This document shows positions 38,217-47,689 of a stretch of DNA of 64,000 nucleotides, piece after piece (the stretch's first letter is position 1; each line of letters begins with the position of its first letter). The DNA comes from an uncultured Holophagales bacterium (lineage in GTDB: Bacteria > Acidobacteriota > Thermoanaerobaculia > Multivoradales > UBA5704). The stretch lies in contig CAWJGT010000009.1 in NCBI GenBank assembly GCA_963842525.1, forward strand, positions 448,001 to 512,000, in the 5' to 3' direction. The translations under genes and the position numbers were made by a program. Below the pieces are notes generated by a model, which worked only from the letters and a program-made list of their open reading frames with translations, had not been told where the DNA came from and made no database searches.

Positions 38217-40106
38217 CTATGGCGCCGCGAGCGTTTCTTCGAGGGCCTTGTGGGATTCGGTGTGCCGGGGCTCGATCTCCAGGGCGCGGCGCCAGCAGGA
38301 CACGGCCTCATCCTGCCGGCCCTGGGCGGCGCGGATCTCGCCGAGGCGGAACCAGGCGGCGACCAGGTTCGGCCGGGCGGCGAGCGCGCGTTGGAGGTGC
38401 CTTTCGGCCTCCGCGATCCGGCCGTTGACGAACAGCAGCCGCCCCAGGTTGTACTCCGCCTCCGCCCGGCCGGGCGCCGTGGCGACGAGCTGTTGCAGCA
38501 GCGCGATCGCCTCGTCCGCTTTCCCCTGGCCGGCGCGCGCCAGGGCGAGCCATTCCAGGGCCTGGAGATGCCCCGGGCTCCGTGCCAGCACCCCTGCGAG
38601 CGTCCGCTCGGCGTCGGCGAAGCGGCGCAGCCGGAGCTGCCCCTCGGCGAGGTCCAGCCACGGATCGATCTCGGCGGGTTGCGCCGCCGCGAGCATCTTC
38701 TCCAGATACCGCACCGCCTCCTCGCTCCGGACCGCCCGCACGACCGCCGCCGCCCGGTAGACCTCTCCCAGGGGTCCCGGCGCCGAGCCGGGCTCGAGGA
38801 GCCGCACGCCGGTGAGCACGGGCTCCCGCTCGGCCCGCGGAGCCAGCAGCTCGGGCCCTCCCGGCTGCCGCTGGATCCGATGATCGGTCATCACCACCTT
38901 GACCACGTCCTGCGTTCGCCGTTTCGGCATGTGGCAGGACGTGCAGTCAGCCGCCTTGCCATGGTCGTCCGCCTTCTTCGCCTCTTCCGGACAGGCCTCT
39001 TCCTGATGGCAGGTGAGGCAGGCGCGGCGGTAGTGCTCCGCCTTGTAGCTCGCGGGCACTTTGCGGTGCGGGTCGTGGCAGGTGAGGCATGTCAGGGCGC
39101 CTGCGCTCTCGGTCCAGCAGAGGCTCTGCCGCAGGCGGTAGGGATGGTGGTTGATCTCGAAGCGCTCGGCAGCGGGTTGCCCTTCTTCCTCGATGTCGAT
39201 TTGCACCAGGTAGTCGGAGATCGGCTCGCCGGGCCGGAAGGAGAAGTCGGCCCGGCCGAAGCGGCGCAGCCCGGGGAGGGCGACCGACGGCTGGAGATGG
39301 CAGCCGAGGCAGACCTCGTCGCGCCGCGGCGCCGGCAGCCGGCCCGGGTTGAAGATGCTCGCCCGCAGCTCGCTGCGCAGGCCGATCCCGCCGAGCGCCA
39401 GCCCCACGTGCCCGGCCCCAGGGCCGTGGCAGCGCTGGCAGCCGATCCCCTCGGGCAGCCGTTCCGGGAAGGCCTGCGGCGCCTCGTAGGCGTCGCTCCC
39501 CGCCGGCATGTCCGGATAGGAGTTGTGGCAGAAGATGCATTCGCGCCGCACCCGCCGGAGCACCCCCTCGTGGTCCGGCCGGTCGAAGCCGGGGGCCATG
39601 CCCCAGCTCCGGGTCTGGCCGTACCAGGCGAGCGGGAGCTGGTAGAGCTCGCCGCCCGCGGTCCGGTAGAGATAGGTGCGGGCATGGTTGCCCGAGCCCA
39701 GGATCCAGTCCACCGGCTGCTCGAAGAGGTGGACCGGCCGGCCCTCGGCATCGGTCTGCCAGCGCCGGAACAGGAGCTGGCCGTCGCGGCGGACGATCTG
39801 CATCGACTGCGCCGAGAGGGCGTGGACGAAGGGCGGCGCGGAGAAGTCCTCGATATCGGTCTCCGGCCGCGGGCGGTAGAAGGAGCGCCCCATGCCCTTC
39901 TCGCGGTAGCTCGCCGCGAGGTCCGTGTGACAGAGGGCGCAGGCCGCGTCGTCCACATACCCCGGCGCGGTGCCGCCGGTTACAGGGAAGCCGAAGGAGG
40001 CGAGGTCGGAGGTGAGGGACGGCGCATCCTCGGCAGACGGGATGCGGCTCTGTCCGAGGAGGCAGAGCGAGAGGAGCCCGAGGTAGACCGCCGGCTTGCG
40101 GGGCAT
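38217..40106 (-). CDS. Secreted multiheme cytochrome c with C-terminal TPR repeats
   Basis: Seven CXXCH motifs (CALCH, CIFCH, CQRCH, CLGCH, CLTCH twice, CTSCH), then TPRs. Confidence 0.9.
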   Translation of the reverse strand: MPRKPAVYLGLLSLCLLGQSRIPSAEDAPSLTSDLASFGFPVTGGTAPGYVDDAACALCHTDLAASYREKGMGRSFYRPRPETDIEDFSAPPFVHALSAQSMQIVRRDGQLLFRRWQTDAEGRPVHLFEQPVDWILGSGNHARTYLYRTAGGELYQLPLAWYGQTRSWGMAPGFDRPDHEGVLRRVRRECIFCHNSYPDMPAGSDAYEAPQAFPERLPEGIGCQRCHGPGAGHVGLALGGIGLRSELRASIFNPGRLPAPRRDEVCLGCHLQPSVALPGLRRFGRADFSFRPGEPISDYLVQIDIEEEGQPAAERFEINHHPYRLRQSLCWTESAGALTCLTCHDPHRKVPASYKAEHYRRACLTCHQEEACPEEAKKADDHGKAADCTSCHMPKRRTQDVVKVVMTDHRIQRQPGGPELLAPRAEREPVLTGVRLLEPGSAPGPLGEVYRAAAVVRAVRSEEAVRYLEKMLAAAQPAEIDPWLDLAEGQLRLRRFADAERTLAGVLARSPGHLQALEWLALARAGQGKADEAIALLQQLVATAPGRAEAEYNLGRLLFVNGRIAEAERHLQRALAARPNLVAAWFRLGEIRAAQGRQDEAVSCWRRALEIEPRHTESHKALEETLAAP

Positions 40107-40164
40107 GGTGTCGGGTAAATCATAGCACTTTGGGAATATGCGGCCGGCTTTTCCTCCGCCCTCC

Positions 40165-40226
40165 CAAGGACGACAAGGACACCAGGGACACCAAGGACGG
40201 TCGTCCCTGGTGTCCTTGTCGTCCTT
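40165..40226. repeat. 9-bp CAAGGACRN minisatellite: four direct plus three inverted units (hairpin)
   Basis: CAAGGACGA CAAGGACAC CAGGGACAC CAAGGACGG, then TCGTCCCTG GTGTCCTTG TCGTCCTT. Confidence 0.8.
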
Positions 40227-40236
40227 TCTGGCTTCC

Positions 40237-41736
40237 TCAGGGGAAGCAGCGTGAGAATTCCGAGGTGCCCCGGTTCGTGGTCGCCGTCGCCGTGAAGCGC
40301 CCGGCGAAGTAGATCGTGTTCCGGGTGACCAGCCAGGGCACGTTCTGTCCCGGCATCACCGACGTCGTGCCGACGTAGGTCCGCCCCTCGCCGTGATTCG
40401 ACGGATCGCAGGTGGGGCTGTAGAAGACCTCGACCGTGATCGGCTGTGTGCCTTGCTGGGTCATGGTGCCGAAGATCCACGTCCCTCCCAGGGTGGAGGT
40501 CACGGAGCCGACGACCGGGAAGTTGGGCGGCCAGGTGCGGCTGCCGGACGGGTCGTTGAGGGTCACCCCGGGGTCGGCGCGCTCGATGCCCAGGCCGCCG
40601 TTGCCGGAGATGCTGTTCATCGAGATCGTGCAGGCGTTGATGCCGGCATCGACCCCGTCGCCGGTGTTGAAGGCGATCGTGTTGCTGCGGATCTCGCAGG
40701 TCGCGCCGGCGAATTGCCCTCCGGCCACGAAGATGCCGTCGAGCAGGTTGGGCAGGCTGGTGCTGGCGCTCACACCGGTCCCGATGTAATTGCCGGTCAC
40801 CTCGTTGTTGACCGATTCGAGGACGATCCCGTGCCCGCGGTTGCCGGAGATCACGTTGCGCGAGCCGGCCGCCGTACCGCCGATCGTATTGGCGGGGGTG
40901 AGGGCCATCACGCCGGCCGTGTCGCTCGTGCTGTTGCCGTTGGGCACGGCCTGGCTGCCGGCGACGTCGGTCCCGATCAGGCAGTTGAGAATCGTATGGC
41001 CGCCGCCGCCGGTCTCGCCGATCACCTGGATGTCGTCGTTCGGTCCGCCTCCGGGGTGGTGGCATTGGCCGGGGTCGGACGGGAAGGCGGCCGGGCCGCA
41101 GGGGTCGATGGGGAAGCTCCCGGGATCCGGCCGGTCCGGCCGGCCCGGTGTGACGATGACGATGCCGTCGCCCTCCAGCGTGGTCAGCAGCACGCCGTTG
41201 CCGCTGAAGCCGTTGATGACCAGGCTCCTGAGCGTCGTGTAGCTGTCGATCACGACGATCCCGTGGACCGGCCCGAAGAAGCTCCAGATCTGGCTGCCGG
41301 AGATCTCGACGCGGGTGGCGCCGCCGGTCGCCCCGTCGATCGTCACGGCCTCGGTGATGCGCGGCAGCGACGTCCGGAGCTGGATCCGCGGCGTGCCCGC
41401 GGTCGTGCCGGAGCCGACGGCGAAGACGATCCGGTCGATGCCGTCCACGCGCAACGGGTTGGCCGCGACCACCCGGGGCCGCACACCGGCGGCGCATCCC
41501 GCCACCGGCAGGTTCGTGTTGGCCGCCTGGATGGCGTCCCGCAGCCTGCAGGGCGGGGGGCTTGGGTTTCCCGGGAAGGTGACGATGGCGCCGTCCCAGG
41601 TGCTGTTGACGGTGATGGTCGTACCCGGCGTTCCGGCGGGCTGCGCCTGCGCCGGCGTGGCGAGAGTGAGGGTGAGGGCCAGGGCGGCCGCTGTGGCGAG
41701 CCCGGCGCGTTGAAGGTGTCCGCTGCGATGCTGCAT
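40237..41736 (-). CDS. Secreted CSLREA-like parallel beta-helix protein
   Basis: Signal peptide, ITVNST, CRLRDAIQAAN, NTIGG...RNVISGN, and terminal TATAT...TSEFS. Confidence 0.85.
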   Translation of the reverse strand: MQHRSGHLQRAGLATAAALALTLTLATPAQAQPAGTPGTTITVNSTWDGAIVTFPGNPSPPPCRLRDAIQAANTNLPVAGCAAGVRPRVVAANPLRVDGIDRIVFAVGSGTTAGTPRIQLRTSLPRITEAVTIDGATGGATRVEISGSQIWSFFGPVHGIVVIDSYTTLRSLVINGFSGNGVLLTTLEGDGIVIVTPGRPDRPDPGSFPIDPCGPAAFPSDPGQCHHPGGGPNDDIQVIGETGGGGHTILNCLIGTDVAGSQAVPNGNSTSDTAGVMALTPANTIGGTAAGSRNVISGNRGHGIVLESVNNEVTGNYIGTGVSASTSLPNLLDGIFVAGGQFAGATCEIRSNTIAFNTGDGVDAGINACTISMNSISGNGGLGIERADPGVTLNDPSGSRTWPPNFPVVGSVTSTLGGTWIFGTMTQQGTQPITVEVFYSPTCDPSNHGEGRTYVGTTSVMPGQNVPWLVTRNTIYFAGRFTATATTNRGTSEFSRCFP

Positions 41737-41818
41737 GTGTGTCCTCCTTGTGTCGTCTCCGGATGAGGCGACACAAGGAGGGGAGGCACAACAGCCGGCG
41801 GGAGGGCCGGACGGGATG

Positions 41819-41847
41819 TTGGACGCCGCGCGCTCCTGCCGTATACT
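41819..41847 (+). promoter_or_regulatory. sigma70-like promoter TTGGAC-N17-TATACT upstream of the biosynthetic operon
   Basis: Near-consensus -10 with 17 bp spacing, about 110 bp before ATG 41959. Confidence 0.5.
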
Positions 41848-41958
41848 CGCTCTCGTCCAAGCGCATCAGCTTGCTCGAACGAGCATCCGTTCCAGCCTGT
41901 TCGCCGCCGCCCTGTCGCCGGCGCGCCGGCCCCGCAGGACCCAGGAGAGGAGAACGCC

Positions 41959-42753
41959 ATGGCGAGGCCGAGCGCACCTTTCAACTACCTGAACGTGGAC
42001 GACCTGTTGTCGAAAACCAACGGATTCCTGATGTTCCTCGCTGTCATGGTCGGCCTGTCGTATGTCCTGTCGACCTTGGGATTCATCGTCATCATCTGGC
42101 GGGGCTACAAGACGAAGAGCTATGGCATGCCCGGCCTCAGCGTCGCGGCGGCGCTCTCGCTCTGTTTCTTCACGGGCTGGGTCGGTTCCTGGGCGGAGCC
42201 GTGTCTGTTTTTTGGCAAAGAGTCCTGGTATCTGCTCTGGATCTGGAGACTCTGGGCCGTCCTCAACCTGATCCTGTATGTCCAGTACATCCGATACGGT
42301 CAGAAAGACGTCATCGAGCCGCTGACCTCCTATTTCTACATGTATGCGGTCTTACTGGTCGTCGTTGCGGCCCTGACGCAATGGTCGTTCATCCTGTTCT
42401 TCCAGGACTATTACGTAAACATCGCCTGTCCGCTGCTGTGCATCCTGCCCATGGCCGCCGGCTACTTCGCAACACCCTTCCTCCGGAAAGACCTCAACGG
42501 CCTGTCGATACCCGGCGCATGGCTGACGCTGCTCGGGACGGCGCTTCTCTACCTCGCCGTGGTCCTCAACAACATGGCCGAACCCTATCCCGGGCATCAA
42601 CAGACCGGCTATGGCTTCATCTACTGGATCTATGGGATCACGGTCGCTCTCTTGTATGGCTATACGGTCATCCTGATCAAGAAGAGGAGTGTCCTCCGGG
42701 CCGCGGAGGCGGAGAAAGCAGGCGAGATGGCCGCCGCCGTGGAGGCTGCATAG
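41959..42753 (+). CDS. Pyr4/PaxB-like transmembrane terpene-cyclase homologue 1
   Basis: About 7 TM helices. IIWRGYKTKSYGMP, W..LN.ILYVQYIRYG and RKDLNGLS...LLGT match PaxB-family patterns. Confidence 0.65.
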   Translation: MARPSAPFNYLNVDDLLSKTNGFLMFLAVMVGLSYVLSTLGFIVIIWRGYKTKSYGMPGLSVAAALSLCFFTGWVGSWAEPCLFFGKESWYLLWIWRLWAVLNLILYVQYIRYGQKDVIEPLTSYFYMYAVLLVVVAALTQWSFILFFQDYYVNIACPLLCILPMAAGYFATPFLRKDLNGLSIPGAWLTLLGTALLYLAVVLNNMAEPYPGHQQTGYGFIYWIYGITVALLYGYTVILIKKRSVLRAAEAEKAGEMAAAVEAA

Positions 42754-42800
42754 ATGCGATCGAAGGGAAAGACGGGCCGTCCGGACACCGGCGTATGGAC

Positions 42801-44198
42801 ATGAGCGCGTCTGCCGTTGCGCTCCGTCCGGGCGGTGCGCCGGTCTGGCGGTCTCTCCCGGCGCTGTGGCGCGACCCCCTCGGCTTCCTGGAGTCGCTCG
42901 CCCGCGAGCAGGGGGACTTTGCCCAGGTCCGGCTCGGCTGGGTCCGGTTGTTCCTGCTCGGTCATCCCGACCTTGTCCAGGAGGCCCTGGTGACGAAGCA
43001 CGCGAGCTTCGAAAAGGGGCATCCGCTGAAGAAGGCGCGGCTGCTGCTCGGCAGGGGGCTGCTGACCAGCGAGGGGGAGCTCCATCAGCGGCAGCGGCGG
43101 CTGATCCAGCCGGCCTTCCACCGCCAGAGGATCGCGGCCTACGCCGGGTCGTTGGCGCGTTGCGCCGAGGAGATGCAGGACCTCTGGCAGGACGGCGGGG
43201 AGCTGGACGCCTCGGTCGAGATGATGCGGCTGTCCCAGCGGACCGTGGTCCGGACCCTGTTCGACACCGATGTGCAGGAGGACGAGGGGCGGTTGGCCGG
43301 CCGGGCTCTCGACACTCTCGTGCAGGGCTTCGGCCTGATGCTCCTCCCCGGCTTCGAGGTCCTGATGCGGCTGCCGCTCCCCAACATGCGGCGGTTGCGT
43401 CGCGCCCGGGCCGAGCTCGATCGCCTCATCTTCGGCTGGATCCGGGAGCGGCGGGAGAGCGGCGATCGGGGGGACGTGCTTTCGATGCTTCTCTTCGCCC
43501 GCGATGAGCAGAGCGGCGGCATGAGCGAGCAGCAGGTGCGCGACGAGGTCATGACGCTCTTCCTCGCCGGCCACGACACGACCGGCAACAGCATCGCCTG
43601 GACCTGGCATCTCCTGGCGCGCAACCCCGAGGTGGAGGCGAGATGGCACCAGGAGCTCGACGAGGTTCTGGGAGACCGTCTCCCGACGGCCGAGGACGTG
43701 GGGCTCCTGCGGTATACGCGGCAGGTGTTCCAGGAATCCCTGCGGCTCTTTCCCCCCGTGCCGGCGGTGGGCCGGCGGGCGGCCGAGGCGGTGGAGATCG
43801 GCGGTTGCCGCATCCCCCGGGGCTCCGTCGTCGAGGTCAGCCCGTGGCTGCTGCATCGCGACCCCCGCTACTTCCCGGAGCCGGAACGCTTCGCACCGGA
43901 GCGCTGGACGGAGGAGCTGGAGCGGCGCCTGCCGAAAGGGGCCTACATTCCGTTCGGCCTGGGGTCGCGTCTCTGTATCGGCATGCACCTCGCCTCTCTG
44001 GCGGGTATCGTCCTGCTCGCCACCCTCGGCCGGCGATGGCGCCTGCGGTCTGTCTCGGACCGGCCGGTGGCGCTCCTGCCACGCAGCATCACTCTGCGCC
44101 CCCAGGGCGGCCTGCGCATGCGGCTCGCGAGGCGTTGCCGGCAGACCGCGACCCGGTCGATGCAGACGAAAGGAGGAGACCGTGGAACCCCTCTCTGA
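42801..44198 (+). CDS. Cytochrome P450
   Basis: AGHDTT, ESLR, PERF/PERW and heme motif FGLGSRLCIG. Confidence 0.95.
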   Translation: MSASAVALRPGGAPVWRSLPALWRDPLGFLESLAREQGDFAQVRLGWVRLFLLGHPDLVQEALVTKHASFEKGHPLKKARLLLGRGLLTSEGELHQRQRRLIQPAFHRQRIAAYAGSLARCAEEMQDLWQDGGELDASVEMMRLSQRTVVRTLFDTDVQEDEGRLAGRALDTLVQGFGLMLLPGFEVLMRLPLPNMRRLRRARAELDRLIFGWIRERRESGDRGDVLSMLLFARDEQSGGMSEQQVRDEVMTLFLAGHDTTGNSIAWTWHLLARNPEVEARWHQELDEVLGDRLPTAEDVGLLRYTRQVFQESLRLFPPVPAVGRRAAEAVEIGGCRIPRGSVVEVSPWLLHRDPRYFPEPERFAPERWTEELERRLPKGAYIPFGLGSRLCIGMHLASLAGIVLLATLGRRWRLRSVSDRPVALLPRSITLRPQGGLRMRLARRCRQTATRSMQTKGGDRGTPL

Positions 44199-45075
44199 TG
44201 GAAACGTGGAGCCCCTTTCCGAGCCCTCTTCGGAGGAGACCAGCTCACGCGTCATCCCCTTCACATGGCCGGCCCTGAACGAGCTGACGACGCGGGGCAG
44301 GAAATATCTGGCCGCTGCGATCGCCGTGTCGTATCTGCTATGGACCGTGGCGCTGGTGATGATCATTGCCTGGGGCCGGTCCCACAACACCTTCGGCATG
44401 CCGGTACCGGGCGTCGTTACGCTGCTGTCGCTGTCGTTTCTCGCCGGCTGGATCGGGCCCTCGCGGGCGAAACACATTTTCTACCGGCACACCGCCGCCA
44501 AGCTGCAGATCTATATCTGGCGCGTATGGAGCATCCTTCTTCTGACGATCTATATCCAGTACCTGCAGACGGGGGGCTACACTCCGGGCCCGCTCCAGTT
44601 GGACTTCGTGTCCATCGCCTTCATAGAGCTCGGCATCGCCGCGGTCACGCAGTGGACGTTCATCATGTTTCTCGAGGACCATTTCGCGAACATCACCTGG
44701 CCGTTCATGGGTCTGCTCCCGATGTCCTGCGGATATTTTTTCTCGCTTTTCCTGGAGGCCCCCCAGGATTGGCACTTGCCGTTGATCCCGGCCTGGTTGA
44801 TTCTGATCGGGATGATCCTGCTCTACACCGCCATCACCCTCTTGGGCATCGGGCGATTCTTCGGGCAGTCCAGAAAAAACTTCGGTTTCATGTACTGGGT
44901 CTTCCTTCTTTCTCTTTCCCTGATGGTCATCTACGCGGTCATCGCGACGAAGACGGTCGAGGGAACAGGCGGGATGTTGCCCGCGACGGTCGGGATCCCG
45001 CCGGAGGCGACACCCTGCCCGGAAGAGACGCCTCCCCCGGTGGAGACGCCTCCCCCGCCGGCAGGCCTGCGATGA
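44182..45075 (+). CDS. Pyr4/PaxB-like membrane protein homologue 2 (paralogue of 41959-42753)
   Basis: Shared motifs TFGMP, IWRVW, YIQY, TQWTFI.F..D, LPM..GYF and P.AWL. Confidence 0.6.
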   Translation: MEPLSDGNVEPLSEPSSEETSSRVIPFTWPALNELTTRGRKYLAAAIAVSYLLWTVALVMIIAWGRSHNTFGMPVPGVVTLLSLSFLAGWIGPSRAKHIFYRHTAAKLQIYIWRVWSILLLTIYIQYLQTGGYTPGPLQLDFVSIAFIELGIAAVTQWTFIMFLEDHFANITWPFMGLLPMSCGYFFSLFLEAPQDWHLPLIPAWLILIGMILLYTAITLLGIGRFFGQSRKNFGFMYWVFLLSLSLMVIYAVIATKTVEGTGGMLPATVGIPPEATPCPEETPPPVETPPPPAGLR

Positions 45076-45881
45076 GACGGCCAACGGTGCGGGGAAGCCT
45101 CTTCACACCGATCCCCAGGATCTTGCACCAGACCTGGAAGACCCCGGACCTGCCGCCGCAGTGGCGGCCGTTCCGGGACTCCTGGCTGCGCCACCACCCC
45201 GGCTGGCGGCACGTCCTGTGGACGGACGAGGACAACCGGCGCCTGATCGCTGAGCACCATCCCTGGTTCCTGCCCACCTACGACGCGTTTCCTCGCCCCA
45301 TCCAGCGGGTCGACGCGGCGAAGTACTTCATCCTCCATACGCTGGGCGGGGTCTACGCCGACCTCGACAGCGAGTGCTTCAGGCCGCTGGACCCCCTCCT
45401 CGCACGCGGCGGTGCGGTGGTCGGCCGCGCGCGCAATGGGGTGATCGAATGCGCCGTCCTTGCCTCGCCGCCCCGCCATCCGCTGTGGGAGATCGCCTTC
45501 CGTGAGATGCAGGAGCCGCCGTTGGTCGCCCGCCTCTTCCACGGCAGGTGGCGCGTCGATGCGACGTACGTGCTGTTCTCCACCGGTCCGCAGATGATGC
45601 GGCGGGCCGTGCGCCGCTATCTGGCGGAGCACGGCCGCAGCGAGGCCGCTGCGGGCATCACCGTCCTTCCTCCGCGCTATCTCTCGGCCCGGACCTGGTT
45701 GCAGCGGTACGAGCGCTTCGACGAGCCGGAGGCGTTCGTCCGGCATCACTACAGCGACTCGTGGCTGCGGCCCGAGGAGCTGGCCCTGAACCGCTGGCTC
45801 ACGGCAAAGACGGTCTTCGCCGTCGTCGGCGGGCTGCTCCTCGCGGTGAGCGGGCTCGCGCTGGCGCAGGCGCTGCTGTGA
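45072..45881 (+). CDS. GT32-like (DXD) glycosyltransferase with C-terminal TM
   Basis: IPRILHQTWK, LWTDED, GGVYADLD, STGP and HHYSDSW; ATGA-coupled. Confidence 0.88.
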   Translation: MRRPTVRGSLFTPIPRILHQTWKTPDLPPQWRPFRDSWLRHHPGWRHVLWTDEDNRRLIAEHHPWFLPTYDAFPRPIQRVDAAKYFILHTLGGVYADLDSECFRPLDPLLARGGAVVGRARNGVIECAVLASPPRHPLWEIAFREMQEPPLVARLFHGRWRVDATYVLFSTGPQMMRRAVRRYLAEHGRSEAAAGITVLPPRYLSARTWLQRYERFDEPEAFVRHHYSDSWLRPEELALNRWLTAKTVFAVVGGLLLAVSGLALAQALL

Positions 45882-45903
45882 GGCCGGTCCGGAACCGCAC
45901 GCC

Positions 45904-47689
45904 ATGAGCGCTCCGCGCTGCTACGTCGGCCTGGCCGCCACTCTGCACGACCCGGCGCTGGCGATCGTGGGCCCTGCGGGGGAGGTGCTCTTCGCCGAGG
46001 CCGAGGAGCGCCCGCTCCAGTCCAAGCGGGCGTTCAACAGCCCTCCCGACGCCCTGGGCCGGTGTGCCGCCCTGATCCGCGAGCACTGTCCGCCGGGCGC
46101 CGACGTGGTGGCTGCCGTGTCCTGGAGCCGGGGGCTCCTCGACCGCCTTCGTCTCGCCATGCTGTGCGATCTGCCGCTGCTCCGGCCGTTGCTCGGGCCG
46201 CTCGTCGATCGCGCCTTCCGGCGCCGGGACCCCCTGCTCTGGCCGCTGCCCGACTTCCGCTGCCTGGCCCGTTCGATGCTGAGCAGCCTGGAGCAGGCGG
46301 GCGTCAACCTGACCTGGGCCGGCGCCGTGCCGCGTGGCCGCGAGCCCCGCCGCTACGATCATCACCTGGCGCACGCTGCCACGGCGTGCTACACCAGCCC
46401 CTTCGACGAGGCCGTCTGCGCCGTCGTCGACGGTTTCGGGGAGTGGACGTCGACGGCTTTCTTCCACTTCCGGAACGGCCGTCTGCGGCGGCTCGGACCC
46501 CACGGCCCGCGGGGGAGCGCGCACCGCGGCAGCCTGGGGATGTTCTACGCCACGCTCTGTGCCCTCTGCGGCTTCGATCCGCTGCGTGGCGAGGAGTGGA
46601 AGGTGATGGGCCTGGCGCCGTACGGGCAGGTCGACCCGGACCTCTACCGGCGGCTGCGGTCGCTGCTCCGGGTCCGCGGGCTGGAGCTGCTGGCGGGGTG
46701 CCCGCCGGAGGAGCACCGCCGCCGGATCGAGGAGCTTCTCCCGACTCGCCCGCGGGCCGGAGCATTCCCAGCTCGTTGCCGCCGACCTCGCCTGCACCGG
46801 GCAGGCCGTCTTCGCCGAGATCATGCGGGAGCTGCTGGGCCATCTCCACGGCCTCGGCCTGTCGGACAACCTGGTGCTGGCCGGCGGCTGTGCCCTCAAC
46901 TCGGCGTGGAACGGCCGGATCTGCGCGGAGACGCCGTTCCGGCGGCTGTTCGTCCCCTGTGCGCCGGCCGACGACGGCACCTCGCTGGGCGCCGCATTCC
47001 TGGCTTTCTGCGCCGACCATCCCGGGGCCGTTCCGCCGCGCGGGCCGCAGAGCCCGTTCCTCGGCTCGGCGCCGTGCCGGGCGACCCTGGAGAGGCTCGT
47101 ACGCTCGGGCGGGCTCCCCAGGGTGCGGCACCTGCCGGGCGAGGTGACGCGCCACACCGCCGAGCTGCTGGCGCGCGGCCGTGTCGTCGGCTGGATGCAG
47201 GGGAGGGCGGAGCTCGGGCCGCGGGCCCTGGGCCACCGCTCGATCCTGGCGGACCCGCGCCGTGCCGACATGAAAGACCGGATCAACGCGGCGGTGAAGC
47301 TCCGGGAAGGGTTTCGGCCCTTCGCTCCGGCCATCCCCCACGAGCTCGGCCCGCAGTACTTCGAGAGCTACCAGGACTCTCCCTACATGGACCGCGCCCT
47401 GGTGTTCCGGCCAGAGGTCCGCGACCGGGTCCCGGCGGTGGTGCACGTGGACGGCACCGGCCGGCTGCAGTCGGTGCGCCGGGAGTGGTGCGGGCGTTTC
47501 CACCGGCTGCTGATGGATTTCCACGAGCGGACCGGCGTGCCGGTGCTGCTCAACACGAGCTTCAACGTCATGGGCAGGCCGATGGTCCACGCGGTCGAGG
47601 ATGCGGTGGCCGCCTTCCTCACCACCGGGCTGGACGCCCTGGTCATCGAGGACTACCTGTTCGAGAAGCCCGAAGGGGATGCGCGGTGA
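45904..47689 (+). CDS. CmcH/NodU-family carbamoyltransferase, frameshift near 46750-46790
   Basis: HDPALA, EER, HHLAHA, VVDGFGE and KVMGLAPYG in one frame; LAGGCALN, GPRALGHRSILADP, FRPFAP and LNTSFN in the next. Confidence 0.9.

Noticed and set aside
41739-42800. Long N-terminal extension on the P450 (819-aa ORF)
   Set aside because: It is an off-frame read-through of the membrane-protein gene 41959-42753; the P450 starts near 42795-42801.
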